Shown here one piece after another: positions 43,429 to 51,680 of a stretch of 64,000 nt of DNA. This DNA is from an uncultured Aliarcobacter sp. Its GTDB lineage: Bacteria > Campylobacterota > Campylobacteria > Campylobacterales > Arcobacteraceae. Location: contig OY781945.1 in assembly GCA_963677435.1 (NCBI GenBank), positions 3,058,899 to 3,122,898 of the forward strand. The letters run 5' to 3'. The stretch's first letter is position 1; every line of letters starts with the position of its first letter. The notes under the pieces are model-generated. The model searched no databases and had not been told where the DNA came from. It was given only the letters and a program-made list of their open reading frames with translations. The position numbers and the translations under genes were made by a program.

Positions 43429-44578
43429 ATTTTTCTCCTAAAATAAAAATACTGATAAAAAGTACAATAATATATAAAATATTAATCTTCATAAATCTAA
43501 GTAAATAAAATCCAAAAATTACCAAAAGCACATGAAGAATATTGTGTATAGAACTTGGTAAAAGCGTTGATACCATAGTAGCGAATAATAAGCCAACTAC
43601 GCTTGCATTAACTCCTGAAAGTACATTTTTTACCTTTCTTTTTGAAGACATAGTTTCAAAACTTTTATAAAAAGCTAGAATCAGTAGAAATCCTGGAAGA
43701 AAAATCGCAACTGTAGCAACTAATGCTCCTAAAAGTGCATTTGATAAATAAATCTCTGCACCCAAATAAGTGGCAATCGTAAACATAGGACCTGGAACCA
43801 TTTGAGCTAAAGAATAAGCAACTAAAAAAGTATCTGTTGTTACATCACTTGCAACTTTTTCTTGCAAAAGTGGTAAAACAACATGCCCTCCTCCAAATAC
43901 TAAACTTCCCGTTCCATAGAATTTTGCAAATAAATCTACTAATTCATATCTAGATGAAAAAATTGGTATAACAAAAAGAAGTATAAAAAATAAAATAAGA
44001 ATAGTAATATTTGGATATTTTATCTTTTTTTCTTGAACCTCATCACTATTTTTTGCAAAGGCAAATCCTAATGTTCCAGCAATAATTAAAGTTAAAATTT
44101 GAATAAAAGCCCCACCAACAAACAACAAAATAAACACTGATAAAACAAATATCAAAATTGTCACTTTATCTTTGCAAAAACTATTAAACATAGAATAAAT
44201 TGCATCTAATACAACAACTACTGCTATTAGCTTAAGTGCCGTAATTAAAGCTAAAATATAAACATTTTGTGTTTGAAAAACTTGAGATATAGATAAAAAA
44301 TATAAAATCAAGAAAGATGGTAAGGTAAAACCAATAAAAGCAAAAATTGCTCCTGTGATTCCACCTTTTTTTAGTCCTATTGTAAATCCAACTTGAGAAG
44401 AACTAGGTCCTGGTAAAAACTGACTTAATGCTACTATTTTAGAATAACTTTGTTCATCTAACCATTTTAGTTTATCAACAAATGTATTTTTAAAATAGGC
44501 AATATGAGCAATAGGCCCACCAAAACTAACAAGCCCTAAAAAAAGAAATCTATAAAAAATCTCAAATATTTTGTACAT
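43421..44578 (-). CDS. chrA: Chromate efflux transporter (long-chain CHR family)
   Basis: 'SFGGPIAH', 'QFLPGPSSSQ', 'VFGGGHVVLP', 'AQMVPGP'. Confidence 0.88.
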   Translation of the reverse strand: MYKIFEIFYRFLFLGLVSFGGPIAHIAYFKNTFVDKLKWLDEQSYSKIVALSQFLPGPSSSQVGFTIGLKKGGITGAIFAFIGFTLPSFLILYFLSISQVFQTQNVYILALITALKLIAVVVVLDAIYSMFNSFCKDKVTILIFVLSVFILLFVGGAFIQILTLIIAGTLGFAFAKNSDEVQEKKIKYPNITILILFFILLFVIPIFSSRYELVDLFAKFYGTGSLVFGGGHVVLPLLQEKVASDVTTDTFLVAYSLAQMVPGPMFTIATYLGAEIYLSNALLGALVATVAIFLPGFLLILAFYKSFETMSSKRKVKNVLSGVNASVVGLLFATMVSTLLPSSIHNILHVLLVIFGFYLLRFMKINILYIIVLFISIFILGEKYV

Positions 44579-44581
44579 AGA

Positions 44582-44992
44582 TTACTTTAATACCTCTATG
44601 ATTTTTGGAAGTAAAATCTCTTCTATCTCTTTATATGTTTGTTCAAATGCTTCAAAACCTTTTCCATCTGGATCTTCAAAACCAACATGGATTTTTGCTA
44701 TTGGTTTTGGAAACATTGGGCAAGTTTCATTTGCATGGTCGCAAACAGTTACTATTAAATCATAATCATTTTCAATTACAGTATCTAGTGTTTTTGAATG
44801 ATATTCACTTTTCCAAATTCCTTTTTCTTCAAGTAGTTTTTTTGCATTTGGATTTACTCTTCCACTGGCTTTCACACCACTAGAATCGGCACTGATTCCT
44901 TCTAATTTAGCATTTATAAGTGCTTCTGCGATAATGCTTCTGCAAGAATTACCAGTACATAAAATCAAAACTTTTTTTGTTGAACTGCTCAT
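44582..44992 (-). CDS. arsC: Arsenate reductase (thioredoxin-coupled, LMW-PTP fold)
   Basis: 'CTGNSCRS', 'TVCDHANETCP', 'GFEDP'. Confidence 0.92.
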   Translation of the reverse strand: MSSSTKKVLILCTGNSCRSIIAEALINAKLEGISADSSGVKASGRVNPNAKKLLEEKGIWKSEYHSKTLDTVIENDYDLIVTVCDHANETCPMFPKPIAKIHVGFEDPDGKGFEAFEQTYKEIEEILLPKIIEVLK

Positions 44993-45001
44993 TTTACTTC
45001 C

Positions 45002-45475
45002 TTAATTATTTACATGCCAAGATTCTGGAAATCCTACTTTTATATGCTCATCTTTAACCAGCTCAATAAAAGTTAAAATATTAATTTTTAACTCTTCTTT
45101 TGATTGTCTTACTTTTGCTTTTTTTTCTTCATCTGTTCCATCACAAGCAGGACTTGTAATATTCCAATGAATCAAACCCTCAAGACTTGGGAAAATTGGA
45201 CAAGGTTCTTTTGAGGCTTCATCGCAAACTGTTATTACATAATTATAATGTCGTCCTTGTTTAAAATAGTCCATTAAAGCATTTGTTGTATAAGATGAAA
45301 TGTCCATATCTTCATCTTCATGTATTACTTCTACAGCCATTGGGTTTAAAACTCCAGGATTTATTCCTGCACTTTCTACTTCAAACTTTTCTTTCCCATA
45401 TTTTGTTAATAATGCCTGAGCCATTTGACTTCTTGTAGTATTCCCACTACAAACAAATAAAACTTTTGTATTCAA
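45002..45475 (-). CDS. arsC: Second ArsC-like protein with altered motifs
   Basis: 'CSGNTTRSQMA', 'TVCDEASKEPCPIFP'; 'HWNITSP' where 'DP' is usual. Confidence 0.75.
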   Translation of the reverse strand: MNTKVLFVCSGNTTRSQMAQALLTKYGKEKFEVESAGINPGVLNPMAVEVIHEDEDMDISSYTTNALMDYFKQGRHYNYVITVCDEASKEPCPIFPSLEGLIHWNITSPACDGTDEEKKAKVRQSKEELKINILTFIELVKDEHIKVGFPESWHVNN

Positions 45476-45496
45476 TCTATCTCTCCTAAATAAAAT

Positions 45497-46747
45497 TTAA
45501 ACTGCTAAAAGTACTATTAAAAGTACTGGTGGTGTAATAATTAAACCAAATTTTGAGTATTGCCAAAATGATATTTTTACACCTTTTTTTGCCAAAACAT
45601 GAAGCCATAATAGCGTAGCAAGGCTACCAAATGGTGTCATTTTTGGCCCTAAATTACATCCGATTATATTTGCATAAGCCAAAGCTTGATTTGGTATATC
45701 ATGAAGTGCAATATCCATAATCATAACTGTGGGCATATTATTCATAATTGCACTTAAAAATGCTGCTATAAATCCTGTTCCAAGGATTGCAATTGTGTCA
45801 CCTCTTTGAGCTAAATTTTGTAAAACAATAGTCAAATAATCTGTTAATCCAGCATTTTTCAAACCATAAACCACAATATAAAGTCCAATACTAAACCAAA
45901 CAACTTGCCATGGAGCTTCTTTTATAATATGTGTTGCTTTTACTGTTTTTGAAAGTGTTGCAATGATTAAAAATATAATCGCTCCACCTAAAGCAAAAAT
46001 AGAAATTGGTAAATCATAGGCATCACCAATAAAATATGCACATAATAAAAAGCCTAAAAAGAACCATGAGAAGTAAAATAGTTTCATATTTTTTATTACA
46101 CTTTTTGGCTCTTTTAATAAACTAATATCAACAGTTTGTGGTATATCTTTTCGTAAAAGTAACCACAGAATAACAATCGAAGCAAAAACACTTACAATAA
46201 AAGGAATAATCATATTTAAAAAATATTCCACAAAACCAATACTAAAATAGTTAGCTGTTACGATATTTGTTAAATTTGAAAATACAAAAGGTAACGATGC
46301 ACTATCACTTATAAATCCACCTGCAAGTAAAAAGGCAACTATTGTTTTTGTATTTAGTTTTAAAATTCTCATTTTTGCAAGTAAGATTGGAGTTAAAATC
46401 AAAGCTGCTCCATCATTTGCAAAAAGTGCAGATACAAAAGCCCCCAACAAAATAGAATAGATAAACATCTTCATCCCATTTCCATTTGAAAACTTCGCCA
46501 TTTTCAAAGCTGCCCATTCAAAAAATCCAATCTCATCTAAAACCATAGATAAGATGATAATTCCTATAAATGCTAAAGTTGCATCCCAAACAATATTTGT
46601 TACAATCAAAACATCTGAAAAACTTACAACTCCAAGAACTAAAGCTACAATTGAGCCAAGAACTGCTGTTGTTCCTATTTGTAAATTTTTTGGTTGCCAA
46701 ATTATAAAAATAAGTGTAACTATAAAAATAAGACTTGCAACTATCAT
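45497..46747 (-). CDS. arsB: Arsenite efflux pump ArsB
   Basis: 'IWQPK', 'ALFANDGAALILTP', 'SNLTNIV', 'NNMPTV', 'GPKMTPFGSLATLLWLHVL'. Confidence 0.95.
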   Translation of the reverse strand: MIVASLIFIVTLIFIIWQPKNLQIGTTAVLGSIVALVLGVVSFSDVLIVTNIVWDATLAFIGIIILSMVLDEIGFFEWAALKMAKFSNGNGMKMFIYSILLGAFVSALFANDGAALILTPILLAKMRILKLNTKTIVAFLLAGGFISDSASLPFVFSNLTNIVTANYFSIGFVEYFLNMIIPFIVSVFASIVILWLLLRKDIPQTVDISLLKEPKSVIKNMKLFYFSWFFLGFLLCAYFIGDAYDLPISIFALGGAIIFLIIATLSKTVKATHIIKEAPWQVVWFSIGLYIVVYGLKNAGLTDYLTIVLQNLAQRGDTIAILGTGFIAAFLSAIMNNMPTVMIMDIALHDIPNQALAYANIIGCNLGPKMTPFGSLATLLWLHVLAKKGVKISFWQYSKFGLIITPPVLLIVLLAV

Positions 46748-47103
46748 ACAATATCCTCTTTAAACTCTTCAACTCCAGCTTTTAAAACATAAATAAAAGT
46801 ATCCACTTCAAGTTCATCAAATCTCTCAACAGTAACCTCTTCCCTTTGAAATTCAGCCCCCTCAAACTCATCTAAATTATCCCAATGATTTATTAAATTA
46901 TCAGAATAAAACAGAAATCCATGAACCGTATCACCATCTGGGTCAAGTTTGATTCCTGGATATCCCATACTTGCACTCCAACCTGCATCTTTTAAGTAAC
47001 CTCGCACAGTTGCAGGTACAAATTTTCCTACTATATTTTCTAAAACATGTCCATTTGGACAATTTGGCATTAAAGTTCCATATACAAAAAGTGTCTCTTT
47101 CAC
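46744..47103 (-). CDS. Gamma-glutamylcyclotransferase (AIG2-like) family protein
   Basis: 'LFVYGTL', 'GYPGI', 'VHG', 'LDEFEG..F.R'. Confidence 0.85.
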   Translation of the reverse strand: MKETLFVYGTLMPNCPNGHVLENIVGKFVPATVRGYLKDAGWSASMGYPGIKLDPDGDTVHGFLFYSDNLINHWDNLDEFEGAEFQREEVTVERFDELEVDTFIYVLKAGVEEFKEDIV

Positions 47104-47420
47104 TCATTTTCCTTTGTTTCACACGCTTTTTTTAGATTTGGTAATTCGATTTGCAAAGTCATAATCTCTTTTATACAAGATGTTCTAAACTCATCTAAAG
47201 GAAATCGAATACTATAATAAGCCCATCTTCCTTCTCGCTCAAGTTTTAAAAATCCTGCTTCTTTTAGAATTTTTAAATGTCTTGAAAGTCTTGATTGAAT
47301 CATTTCAAAAGAATTTTCCAAATCACAAACACAACATTTTCCATAAATATTTATAAATTTGAGGATTTTTATTCTTGTTTCATCATTTAAAGCACTTGTG
47401 GATTTTAGAAATATATCCAT
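47100..47420 (-). CDS. arsR: ArsR-family repressor
   Basis: 'ALNDETRIKIL', 'CCVCDL', 'QSRLSRHLKILKEAG', 'REGRWAYY'; ATG at 47420 after AAGGA. Confidence 0.92.
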   Translation of the reverse strand: MDIFLKSTSALNDETRIKILKFINIYGKCCVCDLENSFEMIQSRLSRHLKILKEAGFLKLEREGRWAYYSIRFPLDEFRTSCIKEIMTLQIELPNLKKACETKENE

Positions 47421-47442
47421 AAAATTCCTTTTCTTTTTTTGA

Positions 47443-47490
47443 AGTATAACCAAATAAATTTAATATATCAAGATATGTTGATATATTAAA
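47443..47490 (-). promoter_or_regulatory. ars promoter with ArsR operator palindrome
   Basis: TTGATA (47471-47466)-N17-TATACT (47448-47443). Palindrome TTTAATATATCAA-gatatg-TTGATATATTAAA at 47459-47490 covers the -35. Confidence 0.75.
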
Positions 47491-47515
47491 CTAAAAAATA
47501 TGCAATTTTTGATAA

Positions 47516-48229
47516 TCACTTAAAAAAAGTGATTATCATAGGAAGAAAGATTGCTGTAAATATTCCACTAAGTCCCATAGCAAGTGCTGAAAAAGCGGCT
47601 GCTTTTTCACTTATTTCTATAGCTCTTGCTGTTCCAATTCCGTGAGAAACTAATCCAAGGGCAAAACCTTTTGAAGTATCATGTTTTATATTTACAAGTT
47701 TAAAGACAATTGTTCCAAATAATGCTCCAATAATACCCGTTATAAGTACAAATCCCACAGCTAAAGATGGAATTCCACCTATTTGTTCAGATGTAATTAT
47801 TGCAATTGGTGCAGTTATTGATTTTGTTGTCATTGATAACATTGTTGGTAAATCTGCTCCAAAAACCCATAGTAATGAGACTGCAATTACAATTGAAAAA
47901 ACACCTGCAATAAAAAGTGTTAAAACTATTGGCAGAAAAAGTGATTTTATATATTTCAAATTTTTATAAAGTGGTAATGCCAAAGCAACGGTTGCAGGGC
48001 CAAGGAAAAAATGAATAATTTGAACACTTTTAAAATACTCTTCAAAAGAAGTATCCGTATAGATTATTAAACTTATAAGAATCACATAAGCTATAATAAT
48101 TGGTTGCAATAAAGTATGTTTATTACATTTTTCATAAATAATAATTCCCAATTTAAAAGCTGCTAAAGTAGCAATCAACCAAGTTAATGGAGTTGTTTGT
48201 ATATAATTTATTAAAGCTTCAGAATTCAT
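47516..48229 (-). CDS. lrgB: LrgB family protein
   Basis: 'LGPATVALALPLY', 'KSITAPIA', 'SHGIGTARA'. Confidence 0.92.
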   Translation of the reverse strand: MNSEALINYIQTTPLTWLIATLAAFKLGIIIYEKCNKHTLLQPIIIAYVILISLIIYTDTSFEEYFKSVQIIHFFLGPATVALALPLYKNLKYIKSLFLPIVLTLFIAGVFSIVIAVSLLWVFGADLPTMLSMTTKSITAPIAIITSEQIGGIPSLAVGFVLITGIIGALFGTIVFKLVNIKHDTSKGFALGLVSHGIGTARAIEISEKAAAFSALAMGLSGIFTAIFLPMIITFFK

Positions 48230-48573
48230 TTTTTTTCTGCTTTAATTGTAAGATAATCCATAAACTTAGCTGCAAAAACTAAAGCCACTAAAGTTCCAAC
48301 AAACAGAGCAATTGTAATTGCCCAAAACTCTCTTGTAATAATATCAATTTGAGTGATTATTCCCATTGCTGCTGGTATAAAAAGCAAAGGTAAATATCTT
48401 AAATGCAAGGCAACTGCATTATCAAGACTTAAAAAACTTCCTTTTCTAATTAATAAAAATATTAACAATAAAATCATTCCAATTACAGGACCTGGAACTA
48501 AAAGCTGAAAAAATTTTGCAATACATTCACCTAAAAATTGAAATAATAATAAAATTATGATACCTTTTAACAT
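48226..48573 (-). CDS. CidA/LrgA family protein
   Basis: 'PGPVIGMILL', 'LPLLFIPAAMG'; overlaps lrgB. Confidence 0.9.
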   Translation of the reverse strand: MLKGIIILLLFQFLGECIAKFFQLLVPGPVIGMILLLIFLLIRKGSFLSLDNAVALHLRYLPLLFIPAAMGIITQIDIITREFWAITIALFVGTLVALVFAAKFMDYLTIKAEKK

Positions 48574-48684
48574 AAACTCTCCCTTTTTTAAACATGTACT
48601 ATACTAAAACTTATCTTAGGAGAGGAAAAATTAAAAATTAACTGTAAATATATTATAATCGTAGATATAACGAAAAGGTGTGAA

Positions 48685-51147
48685 ATGTATAAATTATTAT
48701 TTAAAATTTTAACAATTTTTTTAATTATTACAAATATTTACGCATCAAATATTGAAATATTAAATAATAATATTAGAACAAATATAGATCAACTTAGTAT
48801 TCAACTAAAATATCTTGTACCAAATAATCAAGATACTACAACTGAAATTTCTAATCTTTTAAATATCTATTATCAACATTATGAAAAAATCCAAGGATTT
48901 GAGATACTTTATAAAGATGAATATATTTATAGCTCTTATAAAAATGACTCAACTATAATTGTTTTAAGAAATGAGATTTTACCTACAAAAATAAGAAATA
49001 CTCCAGAAACTTATTCAAAAGATATTTTAGATAACAAAAATAAATACTTAGGAAAATTAATTGTTTATTTTAAAAATGAGATAAATTTCACCCAAGAAGA
49101 GTTGGATTATTTAAAAAATAAAAAAGTATTAAGAGTTCAAAATGATTCAAATTTAGCTCCTTATAATTTTAATGAAAATGGAATTGCAAAGGGTTTTTCA
49201 ATTGATTATATGAATTTAATTGCTAATAAATTAGCTCTACAAGTTGAATATGTTCAAGGAAATTGGGATGATTTTTTAAATATGCTTGAAAATAATCAAT
49301 TGGATATGATGCTTAATGTATTAAAATCAAAAGAGAGAGAAGAGAGATTTTTATTTTCTAATATTTCATATCTTCTAGCAACTCCCGCAATGATTACAAG
49401 AATTGCAGAAAGAGATTATCATTCATTCAGTGAAATAGATGGAAAAACAATTGCCCTTGTAAAAGGTTATCACAGTTATGATAGGGTTAAAAAAGATTAT
49501 CCAAATGTAGCTATATATCCAACTAATAATGTCTTAGAAATGATTCAAGCAGTTTCAAATAAAAAAGCAGATGTAGCTTATGCATTAAGAGATGTCCTTG
49601 AATATAATATAAATAAACATCTAATTACAAATCTTAAAGTTTCAAATAATATTGATGATGAAAAGTTTGGATTTTATTTCACATATAATAAAAATAATAC
49701 TATTTTAAAAAATATTATACATAAAGCGGAAAGATTAATATCAAAAACTGAAGTAGAAGAACTACAACTTAAATGGTTTAATAAAGTTGTCTTAACCCAA
49801 TCTAATGGTAAAAAATATCTATTTACAAAAGATGAAATTGATTATTTAGCTAAGAAAAAAAGTATTTCTATGTGTGTTGATCCAAATTTTTTACCATATG
49901 AGCAAGTTACAAAAGATGGTCACTATGTTGGTATTATTTCAGATATTATAAGTCAATTATCACAAAATACTAATATAAAATTTGATTTAAATATTACTAA
50001 ATCGTTTAAAGAATCATTTGAATTAGTAAAAAACAAAAGATGTGATATCTTACCGTTTACTGTTCAAACAATACAAAGAGAAGCTTTTTTCAATTTTACG
50101 CAACCTTATTTAAAATTTCCAACAGTAATTGCAACAAAAGATAGTGAGTTTTTTATTAACTCATTAAAAGAGATTGAAAATAGAAAAATTGGAATGATTA
50201 AAGGTTATGCCTTAATTGAGCTAGTTAAATATAAGTATCCAAATATTAATGTGATTGAAGTAAAAGATACAGAAGAAGGACTTGAAAAAGTAAATAAAAA
50301 TGAAATATATGCTTTTGTAGGTTCTCTTCCAAGTATAACTTATGCAAGGCAAAAAAATAGCATTCAAGACATAAGAATCACAGGAAAAGTTTCAGAAGAT
50401 TTATTAGCAAGAATAGCTATTAGAAATGATGATCAAATGTTATTAAACATATTAAATAAAGCTATAAATTCTCTAAAAGAGGAAGATAAAGAAAGAATAA
50501 CAAATAAATGGGTCACTATTGTTAAAGAAAAACAATTTAATACAAAATTACTTATTCAAATAATTTCTACAATAATTGCTGTATTTATTTTCATTGTAAT
50601 TTTTCTTGTGTATCGCTCTAACATAAAATTAAATGCTCTTAATAAAGAACTGGAAAAACTATCACAAACTGATAAACTAACTTCTATTTACAATAGAGCA
50701 AAACTTGATTCAATTTTAGAAAAAGAGATGAAGCTCTTTAAAAGATATAAAGAACCTATTAGTATAATCATTGCTGATATTGATTTCTTTAAAAATATAA
50801 ATGATACTTACGGCCATACAATTGGTGATATTATCTTAAAAGAGTTTACACAAGTTTTATTAAAAAGCATAAGAGAAACTGATTCAATAGGAAGATGGGG
50901 TGGCGAAGAATTTTTAATTATTCTTCCAAGAACAAAAGAGAATAATGCAGTTTTTATAGCTGAAAATTTAAGAACAGCTGTTGAAAATTTCAATTTCCAT
51001 AATAACATAAAAGTTACTGCAAGTTTTGGTGTTTATGAATGTAAAGAACTCAATCCTACAAAATGTTTATCTAAAGCGGATAAAGCTCTTTATTTTGCAA
51101 AAAATTCAAATAGAAATTGTGTAAAATCATACAGTGAAGTAAAATAA
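48685..51147 (+). CDS. Diguanylate cyclase with two periplasmic amino-acid-binding (SBP_bac_3) domains
   Basis: Signal/TM, two repeats starting 'FT..E.DYL..KK', TM, 'TDKLT...NR', 'DIDFFKNINDTYGH', 'RETD' I-site, 'GGEEF'. Confidence 0.92.
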   Translation: MYKLLFKILTIFLIITNIYASNIEILNNNIRTNIDQLSIQLKYLVPNNQDTTTEISNLLNIYYQHYEKIQGFEILYKDEYIYSSYKNDSTIIVLRNEILPTKIRNTPETYSKDILDNKNKYLGKLIVYFKNEINFTQEELDYLKNKKVLRVQNDSNLAPYNFNENGIAKGFSIDYMNLIANKLALQVEYVQGNWDDFLNMLENNQLDMMLNVLKSKEREERFLFSNISYLLATPAMITRIAERDYHSFSEIDGKTIALVKGYHSYDRVKKDYPNVAIYPTNNVLEMIQAVSNKKADVAYALRDVLEYNINKHLITNLKVSNNIDDEKFGFYFTYNKNNTILKNIIHKAERLISKTEVEELQLKWFNKVVLTQSNGKKYLFTKDEIDYLAKKKSISMCVDPNFLPYEQVTKDGHYVGIISDIISQLSQNTNIKFDLNITKSFKESFELVKNKRCDILPFTVQTIQREAFFNFTQPYLKFPTVIATKDSEFFINSLKEIENRKIGMIKGYALIELVKYKYPNINVIEVKDTEEGLEKVNKNEIYAFVGSLPSITYARQKNSIQDIRITGKVSEDLLARIAIRNDDQMLLNILNKAINSLKEEDKERITNKWVTIVKEKQFNTKLLIQIISTIIAVFIFIVIFLVYRSNIKLNALNKELEKLSQTDKLTSIYNRAKLDSILEKEMKLFKRYKEPISIIIADIDFFKNINDTYGHTIGDIILKEFTQVLLKSIRETDSIGRWGGEEFLIILPRTKENNAVFIAENLRTAVENFNFHNNIKVTASFGVYECKELNPTKCLSKADKALYFAKNSNRNCVKSYSEVK

Positions 51148-51171
51148 ACTGGAAATTCTGCAGTTTATTTT
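51141..51171. terminator. Bidirectional terminator-like hairpin
   Basis: AAAATAAACTG-N9-CAGTTTATTTT between convergent genes. Confidence 0.6.
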
Positions 51172-51177
51172 AGAGAC

Positions 51178-51570
51178 TCAAGCTAAAGGATTTTCTCCAC
51201 TTTCCCATGAAGATAAATATTTTTCAATTAAATGGAAATCTTCCCCTTTATGTTCAGTAAATGTTATATACTGATTTTTTTGATTTATGCCAAAGTTCTC
51301 TTTTATAATTTCCATATATTTTAAAGCTAACTCTCTTCTTTTTTCTATTGTTCGCCCTTCTCTAATATCTAGGTTCATTAAACAAATATCATCATTTATA
51401 TTTGCTCTTCCAATAGTTAAAGAGTACTTATCATATTCTCTTATTGAAATAGCAATATGGTCTGTTCCTGTATCCATTATTGTTGCAAATGATTCTCTTA
51501 TTTGAGTTATAAACTCTTCTTTTGATTCATTTGATACTTTTTTATTTAATTCAAATTGTAAATGTGGCAT
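51178..51570 (-). CDS. Tautomerase superfamily protein
   Basis: N-terminal Pro ('MPHLQF'), two beta-alpha-beta units, 'IREGRTIEKR'. Confidence 0.75.
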   Translation of the reverse strand: MPHLQFELNKKVSNESKEEFITQIRESFATIMDTGTDHIAISIREYDKYSLTIGRANINDDICLMNLDIREGRTIEKRRELALKYMEIIKENFGINQKNQYITFTEHKGEDFHLIEKYLSSWESGENPLA

Positions 51571-51652
51571 AAATCATCCTTTAAAGAATTTCAAATTGTT
51601 TATGATTATATGCAAAATATTCTAATAAATGCAAATTTATTATTTTGTGAGC

Positions 51653-51676
51653 ATATCAAGGCTTTTGCCTTGATAT
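51653..51676 (-). terminator. Hairpin after the TonB-dependent receptor
   Basis: ATATCAAGGC-tttt-GCCTTGATAT. Confidence 0.65.
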
Positions 51677-51680
51677 ATAG

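Noticed and set aside
41893..47490. ars cluster as a transposon or genomic island
   Set aside because: No transposase, integrase, terminal repeats or flanking tRNA are visible.
47516..48573. cidA/lrgB as a prophage holin module
   Set aside because: A common chromosomal pair with no phage genes nearby.
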